64,000 bases of DNA, taken from Clostridia bacterium. GTDB lineage: Bacteria > Bacillota > Clostridia > Oscillospirales > CAG-272. The position numbers and the translations under genes are program-made. Position 1 is the stretch's first letter. Each line of letters starts with the position of its first letter. Below are positions 56,555 to 64,000 of the stretch, in pieces. The notes beneath the pieces are model-generated. The model made no database searches, had not been told where the DNA came from, and was given only the letters and a program-made list of their open reading frames with translations. The stretch lies in NCBI GenBank assembly GCA_017536475.1, contig JAFXHH010000002.1, forward strand, positions 926 to 64,925, in the 5' to 3' direction.

Positions 56555-57607
56555 TTAAAACATTGCTCCGAGTATCATTGCGATCACTCCGCAGCCAGTA
56601 AAAATAAGGTCACTTGCCTTGAGCCTGAAGCTTCTGCGATAAATGATATATCCGATCACCATAGCGATAAATATCAGAACGACCATAAAATCAAGCGAAT
56701 CGAACTCAAGCCAATCGAACAGCATAAGAAGCGAATAGCCGTAAATTGGGATAAGCAGCTTATATCCGAACAGCGAGCTCGATATCTCTCCCGCCTTCTC
56801 CGCGCCCTTCTTGACGAAGGCAACGACGTAGCCAACCGCCGACGCGATGCCGATAGCCCCCCATACGAAGAACATATACATCTGCGATATATATCTGGCA
56901 GCATATCTTGCCTGACTATTATATTCAAGCGCGTCCTTGTTGACCTCAATAATATCTTGGAATATAACCGTCAAATTGTTGATCGGCGCGTAAGCAATAC
57001 CCCAGCCACTCAGATCAATCACACTTTCACGGTCCTTTGCAGCTAAATAGGGTATCACTACCTTTCCCGTAATTACAGCAGAAACGATGCTAAGAACAAA
57101 CATCCATAGTATGCACATCACAACACCGTCCGCCACCGTGTTTGCCTGACCGAAAATGAAGCTGAAGAAGGAATACATCACAAATCCGAGCAGGATCGAG
57201 AACAAATAGTACAGAGGCATGTATCCAAGAGCGAAATAGTCAGTATTCGCCGCAAGATAGCCGTAAGCGATGAAAAAAGTCACCGAATAGATAAACAAAA
57301 TCTGAATAAATCCACTCAAAAAGTGAACCGTCGCCATTTTCCAGCGCTTGATCGGGAAGAAATAAAGGGTGTCGAGATTTCTGCGGTTTTTAAAGCACAT
57401 TGTCTCGAGGATCGGGATCACAGTGCATATTATTCCAAGAATCGTCGCGAGAATATAAAGTCCGGTCGAGTTATATTCCACTGCCCCATGATCGATGCAA
57501 TCCGATATGGTGTTTTGAGTGATTATGACCGAAATAATCGTGAAAACAACCGTCCTCAACGCTGAATTTTCGAGTCTGTATAAAAGATATCTTCCAAAAG
57601 TCTTCAT
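56555..57607 (-). CDS. ABC transporter permease (YtrC-like)
   Basis: Multi-TM; DTLYFFPIKR motif; ATGA overlap with the ATPase gene. Confidence 0.75.
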   Translation of the reverse strand: MKTFGRYLLYRLENSALRTVVFTIISVIITQNTISDCIDHGAVEYNSTGLYILATILGIICTVIPILETMCFKNRRNLDTLYFFPIKRWKMATVHFLSGFIQILFIYSVTFFIAYGYLAANTDYFALGYMPLYYLFSILLGFVMYSFFSFIFGQANTVADGVVMCILWMFVLSIVSAVITGKVVIPYLAAKDRESVIDLSGWGIAYAPINNLTVIFQDIIEVNKDALEYNSQARYAARYISQMYMFFVWGAIGIASAVGYVVAFVKKGAEKAGEISSSLFGYKLLIPIYGYSLLMLFDWLEFDSLDFMVVLIFIAMVIGYIIYRRSFRLKASDLIFTGCGVIAMILGAMF

Positions 57608-58485
57608 TTCAGATACCCCCTTCCCTCGACCTCGTGTATAAACATTTCCTCAAAATCCATCGGCATCTGCTCGATTACCGCAGGATTCAAGGCTTCAAGC
57701 ATCGATTTCATCTGCGCCTGCTGTCCCTCGAGCACAATGCGTACAAACCGTCCGTTTCTCTCAAGCGAAACCACGGGAAGCGCCGAGAACATAGCGTCCG
57801 AGATCTCGTTGGTAAAGGCAAGCTGGAACTTGCAGTAGCGGTCGACTCGCTCGGCAATATCTCCCGACGATGCAACGGTCATCTTGTCAATGAGTGCATA
57901 GCAATCGCAAAAATCCTCAAGCTCGCGCAGCGAATGGCTCGAGATGATAACGCCCGTACCATCCTCCTCAACCGCCTTGTTTATCGCCTTCTTGAAGGCA
58001 AGACGCGCCAGAGGGTCAAGACCGTCAAAAGCCTCGTCAAGCAAGAGATATTTGGGTCTGACCGCAAGCGCCAACGCTACGTAAAGCTGGCGTCTCATTC
58101 CCTTCGAAAAGTTGCGTATCGGCTTCTTTTCGTCAAGGTCGAACTCGGTCATATAGCGATCAAATACCTCATAATCCATCTTGGGATAAAAGACCTTATA
58201 CATCTGATATAGGCTTCTGCCCGTGGTGTGGATCGTGTAGTACGGGTCGTCGGGCAAAAAGAATATCTTGCCTCTCGCGCCTTCTTCTGTAAGGCTTTCG
58301 CCGTCGCAGAGGAACTCGCCCTCCGTGGCGGTGTATACTCCCGAGATAAGTCGCAGAAGCGTGGTCTTTCCCGCGCCGTTTATTCCGACAAGACCCATTA
58401 CGCTGCCCTCGTTAAGCGAAAGGTTAACGTTTTCAAGTATCTTTTTCTGACCGATGAAATGGGTCAGATTTTTAATCTCTAACAT
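57604..58485 (-). CDS. ABC transporter ATP-binding protein (YtrB-like)
   Basis: GINGAGKTT, FSKGMRRQ, LLDEAFDGLDP, SSH. Confidence 0.92.
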   Translation of the reverse strand: MLEIKNLTHFIGQKKILENVNLSLNEGSVMGLVGINGAGKTTLLRLISGVYTATEGEFLCDGESLTEEGARGKIFFLPDDPYYTIHTTGRSLYQMYKVFYPKMDYEVFDRYMTEFDLDEKKPIRNFSKGMRRQLYVALALAVRPKYLLLDEAFDGLDPLARLAFKKAINKAVEEDGTGVIISSHSLRELEDFCDCYALIDKMTVASSGDIAERVDRYCKFQLAFTNEISDAMFSALPVVSLERNGRFVRIVLEGQQAQMKSMLEALNPAVIEQMPMDFEEMFIHEVEGRGYLK

Positions 58486-58826
58486 TCGCCGTACACCTCC
58501 TCTATCCAATCAATAAGCGTTTGTTTTTCTATGCCCATATCGCGAAGCGCCGCTATCACCGACCGCTTGTCAGGCTGCTCTGCGGCCTCCTCTTTTCCAT
58601 ACGTAACAAAGGCTCCCTTCTTCGGCAGCGAGCAAATAAGCCCCTCTTTTTCAAGCGTTGCATAAGCTCTCGCTATCGTGTTGGGATTTACTCCAAGCTC
58701 TCCTGCCGCCTCTCTGACCGAGGGGAGCTTATCGCCGTTTTTATAAATTCCGAGCTTGATATATTCCTTGAAGCGCGCGGCGACCTCGAGATAAACGTCC
58801 TGTTTTCCCGAAAAATTCAGCTGCAT
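58479..58826 (-). CDS. GntR (YtrA subfamily) regulator
   Basis: GDKLPSVRE..LGVNPNTIARAY..LE; short C-terminus; GAAGGGAGG RBS. Confidence 0.92.
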   Translation of the reverse strand: MQLNFSGKQDVYLEVAARFKEYIKLGIYKNGDKLPSVREAAGELGVNPNTIARAYATLEKEGLICSLPKKGAFVTYGKEEAAEQPDKRSVIAALRDMGIEKQTLIDWIEEVYGEC

Positions 58827-58859
58827 TTTCCAAGCCTCCCTTCTTTCAAAATTGTTAAT

Positions 58860-58919
58860 CTGTATTATCTGTATTATCTGTTTCAACTGTATTATAGCAT
58901 ACTGAATATTCATTGTCAA
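58860..58919 (-). promoter_or_regulatory. Promoter with 9-bp direct-repeat YtrA-type operator
   Basis: CTGTATTAT x2, CTGTTTCAA, CTGTATTAT (58860-58895) overlapping minus-strand TTGACA-17 nt-TATAAT. Confidence 0.75.
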
Positions 58920-59085
58920 GCCCTTTTGAAAAATTTTTTATAGATAAGGGGTTTGTGGGCAAAAAACACCCGCCGAGGCGCTCTCGGCGGGTGAATATTC
59001 AATTTGCTGTTCGTTTGGTTGATGCTGCACAGATAGCCGTTTTCCTGCCACTTTGGCGGAATTGCTTTCTTGCGTCTCATTTTTC

Positions 59086-60186
59086 TCAACCAAGCTGATC
59101 GAGCGAGGCAACGACGACCACCTTCACGGTCTTCTCTGTCTTGTTGCCGGTCGAGTCGGTGGCGGTTATCGTGAGAGTGTGCTCACCTTCGGCAAGTCTG
59201 CCTCGGTTGTCGAGCGCGCCCTCGGACCACTCAAAAATCGTCTCAAGCTCGCCGTCGGTGTCATCGGTCGCGGAAATATCAAGCAGACATCTCGTGCCTA
59301 CAAGCGCGCTGATCGTCTCGGCTGTCCAGTTGATCTCGGGCGCCGTTACGTCCTTTTTGCCTACGGTCACGATAAGCGTGATCTCCGAATGGTTGCCTGC
59401 CGCATCGGTCGCCTTTACGGTGCAGGTGTGCTGTCCTGCAACGAGAAGCCCGTTCTCGTCAAGCGCTCCGTCCGACCAGATATACTCGGGAGTGATCGCT
59501 CTCTCCTCGTATTCGTCCCAGACGGTGAGATCGAGCTCGAGAGTCTTGCCCTCGGTGGTGCTGATCGCATTCTCTCCATTATAGGTAATAACGGGAGCAA
59601 CGGTGTCTGCTTCCTTCATATTAAATGTTATGCTATCGATATAAACGGTGGTGCTTTCGTTATCTGTGAAACGGAAGCCGAAGTTGACGGGCTTGAAATA
59701 TCCGTTCTCATCGGCAAAGCAAGCCATGCCCTCCGACTTGGATATATTATCTCCGTCCTTGGTAAGAGTGACGTCGATCCACGCCTCTGTTGCAGACGGC
59801 ACCACTCTGGAGATCCAAGAATAACCTGCGTCATCGGTGATCCTGATCTCTTTGACGTTAGCCGTACAGTAGACTCTGAACGTGATAGACTCGATCGCGT
59901 TAACCACGACCTTTTTCTCACTCAGATCAAGAGTGATACCCGTGGCTGCGGTATTGGTCAACGCAAGAACGTAACCCGAATAGCCCTCGGGAACCTCTGC
60001 CGCTGCCGCCTCCTCGGCGGTCATCATATTAAAGCCGTTGACATGCAAGCAAGTGACACCCTCAAGCTCTTCACCGTAGGGGATCTCTTCCTTGCCTGCT
60101 CCGTCCTCAAACGACGCGGCGTAGATCGAAACCGAAGAAAGAAGCAGCGAAAGAACAACAATAGTTGCAACAACTATTCTTCTCAT
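59086..60186 (-). CDS. Secreted protein with a beta-sandwich domain and two Ig-like (HYR/DUF5011-like) repeats
   Basis: Signal peptide; DTVAPVIT..WSDGALD..ATDAAGN and DVTAPEIN..WSEGALD..ATDSTGN repeats. Confidence 0.75.
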   Translation of the reverse strand: MRRIVVATIVVLSLLLSSVSIYAASFEDGAGKEEIPYGEELEGVTCLHVNGFNMMTAEEAAAAEVPEGYSGYVLALTNTAATGITLDLSEKKVVVNAIESITFRVYCTANVKEIRITDDAGYSWISRVVPSATEAWIDVTLTKDGDNISKSEGMACFADENGYFKPVNFGFRFTDNESTTVYIDSITFNMKEADTVAPVITYNGENAISTTEGKTLELDLTVWDEYEERAITPEYIWSDGALDENGLLVAGQHTCTVKATDAAGNHSEITLIVTVGKKDVTAPEINWTAETISALVGTRCLLDISATDDTDGELETIFEWSEGALDNRGRLAEGEHTLTITATDSTGNKTEKTVKVVVVASLDQLG

Positions 60187-60187
60187 A

Positions 60188-61381
60188 TTACTTTGCCTCC
60201 TCGAGAAGAATGTCGCGGATCGCCTGGATCTCCTCTGCGGTTATTCCGCAGGAGAGCAGATAATTCTCTACCTTTTCGGCAAAGGAGTAACCCTTGTAAG
60301 AGGTGTTAAGATAGTTATAGGTTGCCTGAATATTGCTTCTGATCGCCTCTATACTTGCATTGTCGAGCGTTCCCGTTACCGAGAAGATCGAAAGCTCGTA
60401 ATCCATCATAATATCGTTCTTGCCCACTCCAACAAGTCCTTGAAGCAGCAACACGATGGTTCCCGTACGGTCGCGTCCGAGCGAGCAATGGATATATACG
60501 GGATAATTTGCGGGGTCGGTGAAAACTCTTATCTCATCGGCAATTATCTCTTTGCCCTTTTTGTCGGTTATTCCCTTGTCCCCGATATAATATCTTCCGT
60601 CGAGGTTGACATACTTTATGTCATCTCCAAGAGGAGATTTAACACCTGCGCCGCCCTCGCCTACGGTACGAAGGTCAAGGTCGGTCTTTATTCCAAGAAC
60701 GTCGTGGAAGGTAGCAATGCCGTTGGCTGTGATCTCCTCAAGCTTGCCTCCGCGATAGATCATTCCCTGCTTCATTCGTCCGCCGTCGAGCGTGTCGTGT
60801 CCGCCCGCATCTCTGGTGTTGCTCACTCCCTCGACCTCGATGGTTCTGGGACTCTTCGCGGTTCTGAAGGAATGCACCGAGCTTCTGACAGTTTTCTCTG
60901 CACCCACTGCATCTATCTGCCAATAATAAGTCTTACCTGTAAAGAGCGTGGATACTGTGAGCGTATTTTCGTTTACAAGATAGCTTTCTACCTCGGACAT
61001 ATCCTCGTCAACAGAAAGATACACTCTGTAATAATCTGCCCATTCAACCGCTTCCCATTCAAGAACGACGGGGATCGGATAGTATATATCTGCATGCTGA
61101 TAAAACTCGCTGGAATCGGTCTTTTTCCAGTTGAAATCTTTCCACCAGCCGTATACGTTCTCGTTCGCGAGAACTATCTTGGAATTATCCTCGGGCGATA
61201 TCACGGCAATATCCTCGGCGGTCTCCTCTGTGGTCTCGCCGCTTGTCGTGCCCACTGCGGTGGTCTCTTCGGTGGTCGTTGCTTGAGTAGTCATATCGGT
61301 CCCCTCTCCTTGTCCTTTATCGCAAGCCGCAAATGAGAGCAGCATCGCCGCAGACAAGATAAAAATGAGTAGTTTTTTCAT
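60188..61381 (-). CDS. Lipoprotein tyrosine-phosphatase-family (Cx5R) enzyme with FN3-like domain
   Basis: FAAC lipobox; NTRDAGG, IYRG, DLDLR, HCSLGRDRTG, DYELS. Confidence 0.85.
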   Translation of the reverse strand: MKKLLIFILSAAMLLSFAACDKGQGEGTDMTTQATTTEETTAVGTTSGETTEETAEDIAVISPEDNSKIVLANENVYGWWKDFNWKKTDSSEFYQHADIYYPIPVVLEWEAVEWADYYRVYLSVDEDMSEVESYLVNENTLTVSTLFTGKTYYWQIDAVGAEKTVRSSVHSFRTAKSPRTIEVEGVSNTRDAGGHDTLDGGRMKQGMIYRGGKLEEITANGIATFHDVLGIKTDLDLRTVGEGGAGVKSPLGDDIKYVNLDGRYYIGDKGITDKKGKEIIADEIRVFTDPANYPVYIHCSLGRDRTGTIVLLLQGLVGVGKNDIMMDYELSIFSVTGTLDNASIEAIRSNIQATYNYLNTSYKGYSFAEKVENYLLSCGITAEEIQAIRDILLEEAK

Positions 61382-61429
61382 ACCCTTGTTCCTTTCAAAA
61401 AAAACAAATTAATTCGGGATGCAGGTAGG

Positions 61430-63535
61430 TCATTGCTTCATAGTCATTTCGCCGTAGGACGGCAGAGGCCAGGTCTTTGAGGGTACTATTCCCTCCATTT
61501 CGTCGACGACCTGTCTGAGCTCGGTCATTATCGGTCTGACATTCTCTTTATAAGCCATAGCTGACTCGGCGTAATGCTTTTTATGTGTGCGCTCGCGATC
61601 TGCCGACATTGCAGCCGTTTTCAGCTTTTCGGCAAGGTCGTACGCTCTCGCATTCAGATCTGACAGCTTACGGATTATCGTCTTTTCAAGAACTGCTCCG
61701 TTATTTGTCTCAAAGATCTTCATTTTGTTCTTGGCGATCTCAGCAAGCTCACCTACGTACTCCTCGACTGCGGGAATTATCTTCTTATTGGCGATATCGA
61801 CCATGGTCTTTGCCTCGATGTCTATCACCTTTGAGTAGTTTTCAAAATATATCTCTTCTCTTGCGCGAAGCTCGACCTCGCTCATAACTCCGAATTCGGT
61901 AAAGAGCTTGACGTTCTTTTCTGCCGTCAGACACGAGAAGGAATCCACGCTCGTCCTCATATTGAGAAGTCCGCGGCGCTCTGCCTCCTCGGGCCAAGCC
62001 GACGAATATCCGTTGCCGTTGAAGATTATTCTGTGGTGCGCCTTGAAGGTCTCCTTTATCAGCGCTCTCGCCTCGGTCTCAAGGTCGGCTGCGCCCTCAA
62101 GCTTGTCGGCAAAATCCTTGCACACCTTGGCAACCGCCGTATTTATGACGATATTGGACATTGCGATATTCTGCGACGAGCCTACCATTCTGAACTCGAA
62201 CTTATTACCCGTAAAGGCGAACGGAGAGGTTCTGTTTCTGTCGGTCGAGTCGTAACGGAAGGTGGGAACGCTGGGAACTCCGAGGTCCATCGTCTTTTTA
62301 CCCCTGCTCAAATAGTCGGTATCTCCCACGATCGCATCGATAAGCTCCTCGAGCTCGTCTCCAAGGAACATAGAAACTATGGCAGGAGGCGCCTCGTTAG
62401 CACCGAGTCGATGATCGTTTCCGGGCGTTGCCGCCGACAGACGAAGAAGGTCCTGATAATCGTCGACAGCCGCTATAACTGCGGCAAGGAAGAGCAAAAA
62501 TTGCGTGTTCGACGCAGGGTTTTTGCCTGCAGACAGAAGATTTTTGCCCGTATCCGTTCCAATAGACCAGTTGTTATGCTTACCCGAGCCGTTTATACCC
62601 GCATAGGGCTTTTCGTGAAGCAAGGCAACAAGCCCGTGTCGCTCTGCAACCGTTTTCATAGTCTCCATAATTATGAGGTTCTGGTCAACGGCGACGTTGG
62701 TATTGGCAAATATCGGTGCAAGCTCGTGCTGTGAGGGCGCTACCTCGTTGTGCTTGGTCTTGGAATTGATTCCAAGCTTCCAAAGCTCGCGGTCGAGATC
62801 CTCCATATACGCGCCGATCTTGGTCTTAAGGTGTCCGTAGTAATGATCCTCGAGCTGCTGCCCCTTGGGCGCGGGGGCACCGAAAAGGGTTCTGCCCGTA
62901 TAGAGCAGGTCGTCGCGTTTGTCGTAATATTCTTTGTTGATAAGGAAATATTCCTGCTCTGCGCCGACCGAGGTATTGACTCTCGTTGCGGTCGTATCGC
63001 CAAAGAGGGCAAGAATTCGCAAAGCCTGCTCGCTTATCGCATCCATAGAGCGCAGAAGCGGTGTTTTGGTATCAAGCGCATCTCCCGTATAAGAGCAGAA
63101 GACCGTGGGAATATAAAGCGTTCCGTCCTTTATAAAGGCGTACGACGAGGGATCCCACGCGGTGTATCCTCTCGCGTTACAGGTCTCGCGCAAGCCTCCC
63201 GAGGGGAAAGACGACGCGTCCGACTCTCCCTTTATCAGTTCCTTGCCCGAAAACTCCATAACGACCTTATCTCCGCCGATGGGGGAGATGAAGGAATCGT
63301 GCTTTTCCGCGGTAACGCTGGTAAGAGGTTGGAACCAATGAGTATAGTGTGTAGCTCCCTTTTCTGTCGCCCAGTCCTTCATCGCGTTCGCGACGACGTT
63401 GGCGATCGAAACGTCTATCATTTTTCCTGTTTTTATCGTTTCTGTAAGGGATTTGTATACGTCCTTCGGCAGTCTTTGACGCATGACCGCATCGTTGAAC
63501 ACCATACAGCCGTAAATCTCGGGTATATTTGTCAT
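61430..63535 (-). CDS. glnA: Glutamine synthetase type III
   Basis: HWFQPLT..AEKHD, DASSFPSGGLR, EQEYFL, HNEVAP.QHE, NGSGKHNNWS, DRNRTSPFAFTGNKFEFR. Confidence 0.95.
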   Translation of the reverse strand: MTNIPEIYGCMVFNDAVMRQRLPKDVYKSLTETIKTGKMIDVSIANVVANAMKDWATEKGATHYTHWFQPLTSVTAEKHDSFISPIGGDKVVMEFSGKELIKGESDASSFPSGGLRETCNARGYTAWDPSSYAFIKDGTLYIPTVFCSYTGDALDTKTPLLRSMDAISEQALRILALFGDTTATRVNTSVGAEQEYFLINKEYYDKRDDLLYTGRTLFGAPAPKGQQLEDHYYGHLKTKIGAYMEDLDRELWKLGINSKTKHNEVAPSQHELAPIFANTNVAVDQNLIIMETMKTVAERHGLVALLHEKPYAGINGSGKHNNWSIGTDTGKNLLSAGKNPASNTQFLLFLAAVIAAVDDYQDLLRLSAATPGNDHRLGANEAPPAIVSMFLGDELEELIDAIVGDTDYLSRGKKTMDLGVPSVPTFRYDSTDRNRTSPFAFTGNKFEFRMVGSSQNIAMSNIVINTAVAKVCKDFADKLEGAADLETEARALIKETFKAHHRIIFNGNGYSSAWPEEAERRGLLNMRTSVDSFSCLTAEKNVKLFTEFGVMSEVELRAREEIYFENYSKVIDIEAKTMVDIANKKIIPAVEEYVGELAEIAKNKMKIFETNNGAVLEKTIIRKLSDLNARAYDLAEKLKTAAMSADRERTHKKHYAESAMAYKENVRPIMTELRQVVDEMEGIVPSKTWPLPSYGEMTMKQ

Positions 63536-63675
63536 TTCTCCGCTCCTTAAGAGTTTAATCAAAGTAATTATATACCTATATCCTGATTTTGTCAAGCAAA
63601 AGTTGGCTCAAAACGGCTTGCGGGATAAAAAAAGCAGGAGACCGCGCAGGTCTCCCGCAATAAGCACGTAAATTT

Positions 63676-64000
63676 TCATCCCACAACGACCACCGACACC
63701 GAAATATCGTCTCTTTCTCTGCCGGGGTCAAGGTTTCTGACCGCCTCGTTCAAAAGTTCGTCGCGAAGTCGCTCGCAAAGCTCCTCGCCGACCGAAACGC
63801 TCTTTTTCCTTTTTGACATATAATTACAAAGATACTCGACCAGCCACGTACAATCCTCGCTGTCGGGACAGCAACCGTCGCTCATCATAATTATAATATC
63901 TCCCGCCTTGGTATCAAACTTGGTTATTCTCGCATCAGCGTTTTTGATGATACCCATAGGCATAGTCCGCGAGCTTATCTTATAGACCGTGCCGTCTCTT
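63676..64000 (-). CDS. C-terminal end of a SpoIIE-like PP2C phosphatase (partial, continues beyond the window)
   Basis: MPMGII..GDIIIMMSDG..DDISV PP2C motifs; frame open to the window edge. Confidence 0.75.
   Translation of the reverse strand, partial: RDGTVYKISSRTMPMGIIKNADARITKFDTKAGDIIIMMSDGCCPDSEDCTWLVEYLCNYMSKRKKSVSVGEELCERLRDELLNEAVRNLDPGRERDDISVSVVVVG

Overview
A gene-dense chromosomal window from an anaerobic, probably spore-forming Clostridia-type (Bacillota) bacterium, judged from the SCIFF scfAB locus, a SpoIIE-like phosphatase, reverse rubrerythrin and BspA-type LRR lipoproteins. It has about 57 CDSs and two convergent tRNAs (Arg-CCG and Gln-CTG). Two small genes missing from the ORF track were found: a rubredoxin and the SCIFF precursor. 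No CRISPR array, rRNA, integrase or intact transposase was recognised. The most unusual signals are five. (1) A shared palindromic element repeated three times downstream of the two tRNAs, each copy built from an inverted and a direct copy of that tRNA's own 3' end around a constant CACCAC-hairpin core; two AT-rich orphan genes lie between the tRNAs. (2) An AraC-adjacent operon joining a creatinase-like M24 protein with altered metal ligands, an ASRT-family protein and a divergent creatininase. (3) An MFS transporter fused to a GH2 hydrolase, with a slippery A9 run at the junction. (4) An XRE regulator fused to Cys-containing 15-aa repeats. (5) A beta-propeller gene broken by a single in-frame TAG. 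All product calls come from motif recognition by eye; no database searches were run.
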